A DNA stretch of 64,000 nucleotides, from assembly GCA_964016885.1 (NCBI GenBank), contig OZ024742.1, forward strand, positions 89,466,001-89,530,000, in the 5' to 3' direction. Below, one piece after another: positions 39,381 to 53,753 of this stretch; positions within the stretch are counted from its first letter, which is position 1, and each line of letters starts with the position of its first letter. The position numbers were made by a program, and so were the translations under genes. A model generated the notes under the pieces. It was not told where the DNA came from. It ran no database searches and saw only the letters and a list, made by a program, of their open reading frames with translations. Source of the DNA: Eledone cirrhosa. Taxonomy: Eukaryota.

Positions 39381-40749
39381 ATATAACAATGTCATATCTT
39401 GATTCCTCACCACCTTTAACACTTTACCTCTAGGTTTTATCAGTATATAATACCCCCATAGCATCACATTCGTGTATCAGCTCATCCCTCCACTTATCTC
39501 CTGTTTATCTCAGATCCTATGCTCAATAATAATTATAGAGAATAAACATAAATTTACCACCACTTAATATAACTACAATACCTTCCTTACCAATATTTCA
39601 TTCATTTAATTAGTATATGGGTAGGTAGTGGTAAATTGAGACCTTTGACACATTATATAGAAAGCAGATTGTATATAAAATTAAATATTAAAATATTAAA
39701 ATATTAAAATAAATAGCATTATATAAAAGGATTCACTTATTATATAATATAGTGTATATTAACACATAGAATCTAACTAATTGGAGTCATAAACAACTAA
39801 CACCAGATTATACATTTTTCTCTTATACTCAAATTAATCAGCAATTACCTCCCCTTTCCCATTAGCTTCCCTTAGTGTAGATCTCTAATCACTTCCTGAA
39901 ATTAAACCGTTAGACAGATCACTCCAGAACAACTCTAATCTTTGATAAGATTGTAGTGAGACCAATACTCAATCCATAGTTGTAGCTACTGAGAAATATT
40001 TCCCGAAATATAACCAACGTAATGGAAAGGAAAACCTTGGTATTAACACTCACAACACATATACATTTGAACATTACCGGAACAATTTTAACATTGCATC
40101 CACCATAAACTAAAATAGAAACTGCTTTTCATACCCAGGCATCTCTGTCTGCTTGATATGCGTTTACACCTGTATTGTATTATGTGATACCATTGCCATG
40201 CTGTGATGTATATGCTTAGTACCATTGCTCGTTTTTCACCTTGTTACTCTGTACATGCATAATACCTCTGAACTCTTTCAATATGTTTGCCTATGTACCG
40301 CTAAAGTCCTCATTTTGCGAGTAACTTTCTCCTTTAATTCTTCTATAATTGTTGTATTATTCTTTTATAATCTTTGTCGCATCCAATGATACTAACCACA
40401 TCACCTTCACTCTTTAAATATGACACCGTTAGTGACAACAGTAATATCTACGTGTGTGTACGATTGTTCTGTGGAATATGAGGTTAATTACATGTGTAAA
40501 CTTTGCTAATGCTCCGAGGATTCCAAACGAAAGTTTGGAAGAAAAGATTGTCAGCAACAAAATGTTTTGAACATAGTTTTGATTATTCTGTAATTTATAT
40601 TCCTACTCTGTAAGACATCTGATGTATTTACATTCAGCTATTTTTCATACTGGTATTAAGGTGGCATAAAAAGAATACTGACCTTTCCTGTTTATAATTA
40701 TATATAGTGTATATATAAGTATAAATATTATTATTATTATTGTTGTTTT

Positions 40750-40990
40750 TATCTTGTTTCATTATTGTTTCTGAGATATATGCTGAGTGTCTTTCTGACA
40801 CCTAGGGTAAATAAATGCGCAGTGTGCATTGGTAAGTCAGTTAATACAGCACATTGATTATAATTTAAAAAAAACAATATACATATATACACATGTGCAT
40901 ATTCATATGTAAATAAAAGGAGGGATATCAATCATACAGAGATAGTGCTCTTCTCAATATGTGTGCAGTACCAGTCAAAACAATTTTTTG
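40750..40990 (-). mobile_element. Dong/R4-like 3' tip
   Basis: Reverse complement matches 10355-10620 (gactggtactgc..attgagaagagcactatctctg). Confidence 0.75.
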
Positions 40991-42214
40991 TACCTTTTTT
41001 CAGTACGTCATCATCAGACAAAATATATGATTTGATACATGACATACCGCTACGACCTTGATTGTTCAATTCCAGTATTGGCAGTGATTTATTTCATCAA
41101 ATCTCAATGTGTATATACCACAAATAATATGATAAACTTAAATAAGAAAAGGACGTAGAGAAAATTATAGATATGAGAGAGGGTTTAAAGAAGAGGAAAG
41201 GCAAGATAAAAAAATAATAATAAATAAATACGTACATAAATAGATAAATGAATAAAAAATAAATGGATGAATGAATAAAAGAAATATATAAAAAAGAATA
41301 GAGGAATAACGACAAAAAAGGGAAGATGTGAGGAAAGTAAAGGGAACAGAGGGGGGTAAAGAAAATAAAGAAAAATAAAGGAACATCAAAAAGAGCGGGA
41401 TAGGGAAAGGAACCGTTGTTTTCAAATGCTAGATCAAATAGGACATCCAATCAATTCACATAATCAATTGAATATCTTTTGTATTTGATTATGATTTAGC
41501 TAATTATATTTATATATTAAACCAAAATTAATCAGTATTGATTACTTTCTATAGCAATCACATATATAGTTTAATTAAGAATTTATATAATTTAATTTAA
41601 TTCATTATAGATTATTATTTTTAATTTTAAGGTAAGATATTCTATAAATATTTTGTTACAACTTTAACATCTTTAAAGCGTATTTAAATAATTATTAAAT
41701 ATTGATTAAAATCTAATACCATGCATATATCACCATCAATACATTTAATATATTTCGATCATCTATGACCCAAATTCTTTTATTCAATTATGATATTCTC
41801 TTAATAGAATCTTACTATTCTTTAATTTTCATTTAATTCCTAGGATTAAACTGCAGTTACATTTAATCTAAAAAGTTGTTACATTTATTAATGATAGGTT
41901 ATATTCACTACTATATTTACTTATTTTCATATATAGTTTCCTTTTAGTGATAGTCTATATATTATTAATCTACATATTTCATATCTAATATAACTTAGGA
42001 AGCTAGTCAAAAAGAAAAAAAAAAATTACGGACAATGTAAACAAAAGGAAGATAACTCATTCACCATATGCAAACATTTATAACATATCTCTACTCTCAC
42101 GTTCCGCGATATTTCGAAAACCGTAAATCATCTATTGTATATATCATAAATAATGTCTAGTTACATATTGAACTGACCTAATCAAAACATAGGATAACGA
42201 GACTCTTAATGAGA

Positions 42215-43368
42215 TTATTCTAAAGATATAAATATCAATAAATTATTACCACAATAAGGCAAAAACTTATATATATATATAAAATTATTAATTGTCAATA
42301 TTTTTCCGAAACTTGTACATTGCCTGGAAAGTTTTACCGATTTTATGGTAACAACTACTAAATAATTCATTATTTTTTTGTTGATTAAATTGTCATAATT
42401 TGTAATTATCTGTAGAGTCTCAATGTTACAAAGATTGCAATTTTGAGAAATAGTTGAGTTTCGATAGGGGGTAGCATTATTTAATTTTGTGCAAGAGATG
42501 GAGTATTTAATATTATTGTCCTTTAAAGGCCATATTAATTGTGAAAGTGAAGTTGAAAATTTCTTATCTGGTTTACTGAGAGATTGTCTATGATTATACC
42601 AACGTTCCTTAAATTTAGATGAAGTGGCACCAGTATAGTTATATATATTATTATTTGTTTTAATGGTACATTTATATACTATATTCCTGAGAAGGCAATT
42701 ATTTTCTAAAGGACATTCGGACTTCTTTCTACAGTTACATTTCTTCTCAATATTATTTACATTATTATTTAAATGTGTTCTACTATTATTCATGTTTAAA
42801 CTATTATTATTGTTATTCCCATTACTAATGTATTGTTATTATTATTTTAATTATTGCTAATTAAACGTTGGTTCAAATTAAGATTTTTACTATTTATTTT
42901 TGCTATATTTTGAGCACAACTCATAGTTGTTGAATAAGAGTGTATAACTGTGTGTCTATTGAAGATAGATTAATATTTATGTGCCCTAGGGAAGCATTAT
43001 CCAAAGCTTTAAAAAATAAATGTGCTACAGATGTTTTAATAGCTAAAGATGCTGGCGGAGCATACCAAATTATAGATCTAGTTCTTATATTTTCCCCGAT
43101 TTATGCATCAAGTTGTTGTTTTTATATTTATTTTTATTATGATTACTATGCTTATAATTAATCTTATTTTCAGTATCTTTTTCTATATATAATCAATACT
43201 ATTGTTATATCCAGCTTTATGTAACGCTTCATTATAATATACAGCCTTACTATTAAATAGGGATCTATTAGCAGATAGCCTGGATATTCTTTGTTGTACA
43301 CTGTTGACTATTGCATTCTTAACACTTTTAGGATGATTAGAATAAAAACTAACATAATTTAAGTTCAA
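42215..43368 (-). mobile_element. Naiad-like PLE 3' fragment (thumb, linker, GIY-YIG)
   Basis: YSNHPKSV..RISRLS; CNCRKKSECPLENNCL..IVYKC..YTGATSSKFKERWYNH..CNLCNIE. Confidence 0.87.
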
Positions 43369-43371
43369 TAA

Positions 43372-44104
43372 AATAAATGAATAAATGCTAATATATAAGT
43401 GCTAATAAACAAGTTACAGTTAGGATTATACAAAATAATACAAAATATGAAAATAAAATAAATAAAACATGTTTATATGTAAGAAAAGTAAACATAGTAA
43501 GATTATTAAGAGTAGTTGTGGTGTTGGTGGTTAAAATATAGAGATACAAAGGTATATACATGAAAATGTTAAATATATTTATGTGTTTATTGGTTATTTT
43601 AATAAATTAATTATATAATTAATTATTTTATTAATGAGTTGCAAGTTATATTAGAAGTGAAAATAATATGATAAGATAAAATGCAAGAGATGAAATAAAT
43701 TTAGGGAGAGAAATAGAAAGATAGAAAGTGAAAGAGAGACATATAATATAAAATATAAAAGGTTATGATCTTGGTTCATTGACAGATGATGACAATTATA
43801 ATAATAATGAGGATAATTGGATATTATAACAGATCTAAGTGGTACAATTAGAGTTATGGAATAGATGGGATGAATTAAGTTCGTCTAAAGTTATCAAATT
43901 TGGTCGCCATTTTATGCCTACAGAAAATAGTTCTTTCAATTTTGCTGTTAAGTAGCATGTTGTTGTATTTTAACATCTGGAATAACTCCATATTACAAAA
44001 ACCACACTGGACATGCCAATTCTATAGGCTATTGCCGTTGATAACTTCATCCAGCTGATTCTTTATTCCTGGTTTGCTTCATTGATCTGCCAGATTTTAT
44101 TGGC
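43372..44104 (-). repeat. Inverted copy of the 3' end of the adjacent Naiad-like PLE
   Basis: Reverse complement of about 46662-47526, lacking the SINE fragment found at 46978. Confidence 0.92.
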
Positions 44105-47100
44105 AAAATTAGCTAAGTTAACAAGTATATATTATATAGAATAATACCACAAATTAAAGAAAAACTAATAATTAACCTCTGGGGTAACACTAACGAAGCA
44201 ATAGATCGGTTTAGCAAACTAGACAATAAAGAATCTTCCGACTTCATACAATTTGAAGAAAACTACAAAGTATACACTCAGTAACATTAACAAGGAAGGA
44301 TTTAATATAGAAAAAAAACTTTTAATATCTGATAGAACCCTTGTAAACCCACCTGTAAACCCACTTTTAATTTGAAGGACCATAAATGCAACTTCGAAAA
44401 TGACCCTACTATTAGATTAATATGTCCATCAAAATCTGATATAGGCAAAATTAGCAAGTATATACTAGAAAGAATAATATCACAAATTAAAGAAAAAATC
44501 ATTATTAAGCTCTGGGGTAACACTAACGAAATAATAGAGTGCTTTAGCAAATTAGACAATAAAGAATCTTCCGACTTCATACAATTTGAAGAAGACTACA
44601 AACTCTACACTCAATAACATTAACAAGGAAGGACTTAATATAGTAAAAAAAACTTTAAATATCTGATAGAACCCTTGTAAACCCACTTGTAAACCCACTT
44701 TTAATTTGAAGGACCATAAATGCAAGTTCGAAAATGACCCTAATATTAGATTAATATGTCCATCAAAATCTGATATAGGCAAAATTAGCAAGTATATACT
44801 AGATAGAATAATATCACAAATTAAAGAAAAAATCATAATTAAGCTCTGGGGTAACACTAACGAAACAATAGAGTGGTTTAGCAAATTAGACAATAAAGAA
44901 TATTCAGACTTCATACAATTTGAAGAAAACTACAAACTCTACACTCAATAACATTAACAAGGAAGGACTTAATATAGTAAAAAAACTATAATTATCTGAT
45001 AGAACCGAACGTCTAACCCCTTGTAAACCCACTTTGAATTTGAAGGAACATAAATGCAACTTCGAAAATGACCCTACTATTAGATTAATATGTCCATCAA
45101 AATCTGATATAGGCAAAATTAGCAAGTATATACTAGACAGAATAATACCACAAATTTTTAAAAAATCATAATTAAGCTCTGCGGCAACACTAACGAAACA
45201 ATAGATTGGTTTAGCAAAGTAGACAATAAAGAATCTTCCGACTTCATACAATTTTACATCAATGTCTACTACTCTTCTATTTCCTCAGTAACCCTAAATA
45301 AGGCATTAACCTTTGCACACAAAAACTCTGACCTACCACTAGAGGAAATTAAAATAATACTAGCTTCTAGAAGAACAATCGTTAGGTTCGATAAGAGTTA
45401 CTGGGAAAGAAAAAAATAGACAAAATAACTATGATATCACTATGGGATCGAACGATTCAGCCCAAGTAACGGACATTGTCGGAATATATATAGCACATAT
45501 TTTACATAGGAATTTGATAACCTACAGGGAGGAATTTATAGAGACGATACATTACTTTTAGCTAAAAACCTAAATAATCAAAACTTAGGAAGTTTACGGA
45601 AATGGATTAGAAAATTATTCAATAAATTAGGCTTTAGCATCACTTTTGAACTCAACTAAAAAAAGCTAACTTCTTAGATGTATCACTTAACCTAAACACT
45701 GGATTAATAGAACCCTTCCATAAAAATAATGAAAATCTAGCTTACATTAATTATAACTGTAATCACCCTCGCACCATAATTAACTCCATTGCACATAGTA
45801 TATCCCTTAGAATCTCGCGCTTATCTTCTAATCTAGAGATGTTTAACGAACACACTAACTACTACAACATAGCTTTACTTAAGGCAGGCCATAAAGAGAG
45901 ACTCAAATACATACCAGATACAAAAAATAACAACACGCTTAACAGAAATAACACTCTCCACACCTATAGAAGCAACAAATCTAGGATTAAACATAGAAAT
46001 TGGCAACAAGCACGATAATTAATTGAACCGAATACTAATATAAAGACCACTAGAAACTATAGAAGATGCAGAGATAGAAAATACTTATGGTTCAATCCAA
46101 TATTTAACTCTATAAAAACAAAACTACCTTATAATTTCTTTAAATTAGTTGACAAACACTTCCCTAAACTTCATAAATATCATAAAATCTTTAATAGAAA
46201 AACTATCAAACTATCTTACTCCACTGCCAACAGCATAGAATCGCACATACATGAAATTAACTATAAGAGAAATCTCTAATACAATTAGCCCGCAAACAAG
46301 TACCAGAACACCAAATATAAAACACAAACACATTACATCATCAAAACAAAATACCCGTCAGAACACATCACCACAATACATCAACAAACCCAATTCTCAG
46401 CCCATATATAACAACATACTAAACCATATCGAGGAACCGGCACATAGGGTGGCATCAAAATGTAACTGTCATCTACCTGATAAATGCCCATTACAAAATA
46501 GATGCCTGGAATCAAATATAATGTACCTATGTACTATAAATTCAGGCAACTTAGCATGGCACTACATAGGGCCCACGGCGGGGTGGTGGGGGGTTAAGAA
46601 AAGGTGGTATGTCCACAGACACTCTATAAATAACAGGAAGCTTATGAATACAACAACGCTCGCCAATAAAATCTGGCAGATCAAAGATGCACACCAGGAA
46701 TACAGAATCAGCTGGATGCAGTTATCAACTACAATAGCCTATAGAATTGGCATGTCCCACTGTGGTCTTTGTAATATGGAGCTATTCCAAATTTTAAGAT
46801 ACAACAAAATGCTCCTTAACAGTAAAATTGAAAAACTATTTTCTGTAGGTATAAAACGGCGACCAAATTTGATAACTTTAGACGAACTTAATTCATCCCA
46901 TCTATTCCATAACTCTAATTGTACCACTTAGATCTATTATAATATCCTATTATCATCATTATTATTATAATTATTATGAGGTTAACTTTGCCTTTCATCA
47001 TTACGGGGTCGATAAAATAAAGTACCAGTAATGCACTGTGTATTTGCTGGCCTTGTGCCAAAAGTAGAAAGAATTATTATTATAATTGTCATCATCTGTC

Positions 47101-47526
47101 AATGAACCAACATCATAACCTATTATATTTTATATTTTATATTATATATATCTCTCTTTACTTTTCACTTTCTATCTTTCTATTTCTTTCCCTAAATTTA
47201 TTTCAACTCTTGCATTTTATCTTATCATATTATTTTCACTTCTAATATAACTTGCAATTAATTAATCAAATAATTAATTATATAATTAATTTATTAAAAT
47301 AACCAATACACACATAAATATATTTAACATTTTCATGTTTATACCTTCGTATCTCTATATTTTAACCATCAACACCACAACTACTCTCAATAATCTTACT
47401 GTGTTTACTTTTCTTCGCACATATAAACATTTTTATTTATTTATTTTCATATTTTGTATTATTTTGTATCATCCTAGATGTAACTTGTTTATTAGCATTT
47501 ATTTATTAGCATTTATTCATTTATTG
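44105..47526 (+). mobile_element. Naiad-like PLE with tandemly amplified RT segment
   Basis: KDHK..RLICPSKSDIGKISK (three times), YDITMGSNDSAQ, GGIYRDD, CNC..CPL..CL, YIG.T and CGLCNME; 334-bp tandem period over 44110-45250. Confidence 0.92.
46978..47071 (+). mobile_element. SINE 3' half inserted in the PLE 3' UTR
   Basis: gaggttaactttgcctttcatc..ggccttgtgccaaaagtagaaa within an (ATT)n tract. Confidence 0.85.
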
Positions 47527-48499
47527 TTGATATCATTATTTTTCCCTTTATTTTTATTTTTATTTACCTTTATTTCTTATTTATCCTTTTCTCTTCTCTT
47601 TCAAACATCTATTCTCTCTGTCTTTTTCTTTTTTCCGTTCTCCTTTGTCTTTCTTTCGTCTCTCTATCTCTCTTTCGTTTTTCTCTCTATATCTTTATTA
47701 TTAATATTATTAATGATGCTGTAATTTGAATTCGTAAAGATACTGGAAATATAACAGTTATCTCCGATGATCTGGTTAAGCTAACAACGTATTGAACATT
47801 GAGTAGCACTGCTTCAAGTGTTCAGCAATATATAGACAACTTAATCAGTGAAACAATTGTGAGGCTGTAAATAAAACCCGTTTTTGTAATTGACCATGTT
47901 GTTCTTCACTCTTTCAATATTATTACTCCAGGATAAAATAACATAGGAATACAAGAGAACTCATAAACTCGCCACCTACGTAAACCTCTTGTTGAGTCAA
48001 ATAACGCCGTGCGCTAAACTATCCATAATACGATGTATTCACAGCCTCTACCTGGATTACCTATAACGATATTTTGTTATCTGTAATATATATATATATA
48101 TACCCCCTCCCCCATCCCTCTCACCCCTCCTCATCCACATACGCACACACATCGACCTACACCCACCCCACACAGACCTTTTCCTGAACATGGAACCTCG
48201 TTCTCCCCCCAACTCTCACGTTCAAATACACACACACGTACACCTACACACACACACACCACCTTCAGCCTTCCCCGCTCGGACACCCCGCCTCCCTCTC
48301 CCCACTCCACCCGCCACCACCCTACACGCCCTACACCCTTCCACCACTTGTTTATCTTCATGTTTATTTTTATTTTTATTATTTTTTTATATTTATTTTC
48401 ATTTGTACTCCTTCCACCGTTTCCACTTACCCACTCTTTTCTAAATGTCTCTCCCCCACTCCCTTACTCAACCTTGGAACTCTCTTTCCACACACTTTT

Positions 48500-48530
48500 C
48501 GCCTGAAGACTTATGCCCGAAACGTCGCCC
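48500..48530 (+). ncRNA. Degenerate minimal hammerhead motif
   Basis: CTGAAGA-cttatgccc-GAAA-cg-TC; the 5' strand of stem II appears deleted. Confidence 0.5.
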
Positions 48531-48609
48531 CCCCCTCAACAATCTCAAGACCGTGTAAATAATAAACCTTTGTTCGTACTGCCTCTTTGTTTTGTTCCCG
48601 TTCCATTTT

Positions 48610-48640
<31 letters not shown>

Positions 48641-48645
<5 letters not shown>

Positions 48646-49022
48646 TAAAAGGAATTCCAACTTTGTCTGATTTACTCGTTTTATTTACAATCCTTTAAAA
48701 TTATAATGATATTAGAATGAAATAGTATGGTAGAATATTAAATGTTAAATGTTAATTGAACAAGTACTTTCATGCTTTCGCAATCTTCAGGTTAATATTC
48801 TGTGGTGACAGTCAAGTTTGCAATATTCGACTGTGAAAAATGCAAACTTGACTGTCACTCCAGAATATGAACTTGAAGATTGCGAAAGCATGAAAGTACT
48901 TGTTCAGTTAACACTTAACATTTAATATTCTGCCATACTATTTCATTCTAATACCATTATAATTTTAAAGGATTGTAAATAAAACGAGTAAATCATACAA
49001 AGTTGGAATTCCTTTTAATAAT
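48641..49022. repeat. Fold-back (~180-bp arms, 18-bp spacer) with a hammerhead motif in each arm
   Basis: 48641-48822 versus 48841-49022 reverse complement; HHR motifs at 48757-48795 (-) and 48868-48906 (+). Confidence 0.93.
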
Positions 49023-49052
49023 ATAATCTTCTATACACAATCATGCACACCC

Positions 49053-49170
<118 letters not shown>

Positions 49171-50179
49171 ATTTAAATGCATACAGTTCAGTTAAAAGGA
49201 ATTTATTGACACGTGTTTCAATAACAGTTACATAACCTGAAAACAGCTGCTATCTACAAAGTATTAATTATACAGACACTCAATATTTCAATGTTATTAT
49301 CAACAATCATTTCATCAGAATAATTTTATTGAGAACCTGTTTGGTTTTTATAGAGAATATTAAGAGGGAGGGGTGAAGTTGTTAGAAGAATAGTTAAGGG
49401 AGTGGATAGAGATTTTTTTGATAGCAGTGAGAATTTTTGGTAGCAGTGAGTAATTAGATTCCCATCTGTTGTTTTGACATTTTTATAGAATACATTATTT
49501 GGCGTTGGTTATTTTTCTAAATCTATAGAAGGATTAGAGATAGTAAAGATATGCATGGTTGGTTTTGTGCTTGCACTTAATTAACATACAGGCTTAAATT
49601 TTTCTTTCAAGTGTACGTATCCTTTCGCCCACGCATTCACACACAAACATATATGCACACCTCTACAAAATACATACACTCACATACACATACATACATG
49701 CTCATACATACATATATACATGCACATATATATATATATATACATATATATACATATATATATGTACATACATACGCATTCATGTGTATACATTTTCATA
49801 CTAAACTTATCTTCATATACACACGTATAGACACACACATATATACATACATACTCCTGTCTATGTGTATATATATATATATATATACATATGTATATAT
49901 AAACACTTTAATACATGAATACACATACATCTAACTATACACATCAAACATATATATATATTTACTTATTTATATACATTTTCACATATATATACATACA
50001 TATGGTCGCTTTTAGACACATTCATTATAGCATATTCGCACCTATTCTCATCAGCATATCTATCCATTATTAGTGTGGTAATTTAAGGTTATTAATATAC
50101 ATATATATGTTGAGAAGAGATTGTTTTTATATTTTTCTAACTAGATTGAGGTTTATATAGTTGGGGGGATGTCCCTCTT

Positions 50180-51110
50180 TTATGTAATATTCAGCTTGTA
50201 GTGGGAAAAAAGGGTTTTAGTTCGGTGACGGCAGAATAATGTTCGTTCAATTCTGTTATTAAGCAATTTCTTCTTGTGTGTGATTATGTAATAAATCTCA
50301 AGATTACACAATTTGCAGAAATTTTGGCTCCTGGAAAAGCTTTGGGTTTTAGCTAATTTCTCCCATTTTAGGGTAAACTTTTGATCGCTATCCCTGAGCG
50401 TCCAAGCTTTTTCTGCTAAAGTTGTTACATTTCTTTGGCTCTGGTGTTTTATTGAGTAAGAATGCCTATATAATCGAGATTTAAACGATGTTGCCGTTGA
50501 TCCCACGTAATACTACTCGTTGCCTCCGGATTTAATGGTACACTTATAGATGATATTTTTTTCCAGGCAGTTATTGCCGAGGGGGCAATTGTCAGGATAG
50601 GTGCAGTTACAGTTGTGTACGTTGGTTTTGTAGTTAGGTTTACTCTGGAGTAGTATTACGGACGAACTTGGGTGTGGTTTATTTATGTTCTGTAGTGTAT
50701 TGTCTACTGTTTTTTTGTGTTCTTTGTACTTAAGTTTTTAGTGTTTTCGTTTAACCTTCTAGTATTGATCTGTTTTATGTGTTGTTCAAGGTTTAACGCT
50801 GTAGAGTATGACAGTCTTATAGTGGTAGGGTTTAGGATTTTGTGGTATTCGTGTGATGTAGGAAAATGTCTCTTAACTATTTTAAAGAAGAGTACTGGTA
50901 AATTTGTACTAATGGAACTATTGTATTCAGGGTTATACCATAAGTACTCTTTGCATCGCTTTCTATTAGTTTTGTTTGTTGGTTTACTGGTGTGTATAAT
51001 ATGGTAGTAAGTGTGGTTTGGTGTTGTGTTATTATATCTCCCTATGTGGGATTTATTTTTCGTGTTTTGATTGTTTTCATCTATATACTCTATTTTCTCC
51101 GGATTACTTT
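50180..51110 (-). mobile_element. Naiad-like PLE 3' fragment
   Basis: WYNPEY..YHKILNPTTIRLSYS; CNC..CPLGNNCL; YVGSTATSFKSRLYRH; CKLCNLE. Confidence 0.87.
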
Positions 51111-51294
51111 TGAAACTACAACTGGAACCGTCGAGCACACTCTACGTGAGCTGTCCATATACTGTGTGTAATATTCATATTACAACACTACGGAAAATAT
51201 TATATATATATATATATATAAGAGAGTATTGAAGTTTGCTTGAAGCACTGTGGAACAATAAGTAAATATCTATAAGTCGATTGGAAGCCTCGAC

Positions 51295-51585
51295 AATGCA
51301 AATGGGTAAATCTCCGGGTAACAAGGTCCGGTGGTGGAGAGAGAGATGTAAGTGGGTGTACGTTGAGAAGCGTGGTGTGTATAAGATGTGTGAGATGTGC
51401 AGAATGGAGGGAAGAGTAAAAGGATAAACATAAAAATAACAACACAAGAGAGAGTTACCTTGGGAGAGATTTAATAGTCCCTATATATTTTGGATTCACA
51501 TCCATCAACTGGGGTTTTTTTCCGGGGTGGGGGAAAAGGTTGTCTGTCGGACAAGTCCGGAAGGTGTCTTTCGCTGTTTGCCGAT

Positions 51586-51590
<5 letters not shown>
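51295..51590 (-). repeat. Dispersed repeat (PLE terminal-repeat-like); second copy at 62634-62900
   Basis: Both copies share gggtaaatctccgg..gagagagatgtaag..gagttaccttgg..catccatcaactgggg. Confidence 0.75.
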
Positions 51591-51649
<59 letters not shown>

Positions 51650-51653
<4 letters not shown>

Positions 51654-53753
51654 ATACTTGGAGAGGGTCATATTGTTGTAATAATGTTGCCAAAATTAAT
51701 AACAGAACACACTCACTGTTTGGTTGGTTTCCGCTTCTGTAACTTTTATATCAGTTAATTTATTCGGTCCTCAATGTTTACCATTGACTGACCAACGGTA
51801 AAAGAGTACATATATAATATAGACACAAACACATATATATAGTCTAACAAAGTTCTTTCGTTGCACATCTGCAACATCGTCAGTGGTGCTATTATTACGT
51901 TCCTCCTGTTTTATTGTATATCTACGCCATCTTTATTTAATCTCTTTATTTATTTATTTATTTTTGTCTTCTCTGCGCTTGCGTTTGCGTGTATGTATAG
52001 TGTTTCGTGTGTGTTCGCGTTTAGGTAACTGTCTTTTGGTTATTGTATTCTATCTTAGTTTACTAGTGTGTGTTTATATGTGTTTGTTGTTATTGTGCTT
52101 GTGTATATATTTATTTATTTATTTATATTTCTCTTAGGTCAGTATTCTTTGTTTGAGTGTTGTTATTCCATTCATTTTTTCTGTTTAGCTTTGGCCTTCT
52201 AAGTTCTATTCCATTTGCCTCTCCGATTTGCCTATCTGCTGGGTCATTTCTATGTTTAGATATTATTTTAATTTCTATGTTGTCTATGTTACCCTCATGT
52301 TGTTGTCTGGCATGTTCGTATAGTACTGAACCGTTTTTTCGTCCTTTTAGTTCGCCCCAGTGTTGGTCTATCCTTTCACCTATGCTACGAGCTATCTCGC
52401 CTGTGTATGTTGTTATTATGTTTCTGCAAGTACCCTCTGTACATATTATGCTATAGACTACGTTTCTAGGTTTACAGTTTATCCGGGAGGTTACTTTACA
52501 TATAATACATTTCCTATTAGTACAGTGGGTTTTCTTAAAAGGGTATATTTTGCTGATCAGGGATTTTATGGTAGTTCCTGGCTTTTCTACCACCTTAATC
52601 TTTAAGAGTGTCTTTCTCAGGGCCTTTCTACACTGGTTAGATAATTTCCTTCCAGGAGTAGCGTCCACGAATATGACACTTTGGTATCTCTGGTTGTCGT
52701 ACCATGAGGTGGCTTTCCTTATCTCATGTATAGTCTTATCTAAGCTATTCCCTGATTTGCTCCTGTATAATGGGCAAATTCCTTTCATGTCCAGTTCTAT
52801 GAGGGTCTTATACTTCTCCGCGGCTCCTTCGTATACTCTGATTCTGTCTCTTTGGTTGTATCCAGTGAACTGCATGCAGTTGATGATGTGTTGGATGTGT
52901 CTTTCCATTTCTGTTGGATCGCACATGCGGGACACGTTCTTCGTCACTCGTACCAAGTCTGCGATCACAATATTAAACTTAGCACTACTGGACATTGCTG
53001 AGTTTTTGAGTATCAGGTATTTGGGGGCCATGGGTTTAGCGTAGTGTGAGTAGAGAATTTAGGCCCTCTCGTCTATAGTGTTAATCCAGACTTCCGTGTC
53101 GAATACAGGTAGTCTACTGTTAGAGTGTTTGGAAGGGTAGTCGATAGTTACAGTTATACTCTGGTGTATGGAATTAGCTATCTGCTGGATGCATTCCATT
53201 GTGCTACATTCTAAATCATACTTGTTAGTACTCTCTTGTGGGGGTGTCCATATTACTATATTACTATCGTCTACGTAACGAGAGTACATGATGAGGTCTA
53301 TGGAGCCCTCATCAAGGAGTTCCTTGACTCTCCTTTTTCACCATACCATAAAAAGGTTGGCAACATCACCAGCGATGCTGTCGCCAATGGCTGCTCCCTC
53401 ATTTTGGGTGTAGATCTTCTCGTTGAATTTGAATATGTGGCCTTTTAGGGTAGTTTTAATACTAGCCTCTATTGCATGTGCGACCATTTTTCTTACCTGA
53501 TAGTTGTTTTGGGGGTCCGTATGACTTTGGTCCATCCAATCCACCTACCCATGTGAGTCCTTTTTGCCATTGAGGTTATGGAGGGTGTCTACCTCTTATG
53601 GGTCTACTGGGGCAGAAACGGCTAATCTCGTGGCTGTCTAGGTAGTCAGTGTCATAGGTAGGTCTAAGTAGGAGGCCCAGTTCGTCTGTGTCAACGTCGC
53701 AGAACTCCATCTCATTCTCACTGATCATCTCCACACATTTTTCCACAGCAAAA
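51650..53753 (-). mobile_element. Penelope-like element (same family as 148-3330), truncated by a Helitron insertion
   Basis: GAAIGDSIAGDVANLFM, YSRYVDD, LPVFDTEVW, YAKPM and VVYSIIC..YTGEIARSIGERIDQH..PKLNRK. Confidence 0.92.
51846..51887 (-). ncRNA. Type I hammerhead motif in the PLE 3' terminal repeat
   Basis: acca-CUGACGA-u-guugca-gaug-ugcaac-GAAA-gaac-UU-uguu; perfect 6-bp stem II, one mismatch in stem I. Confidence 0.75.
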
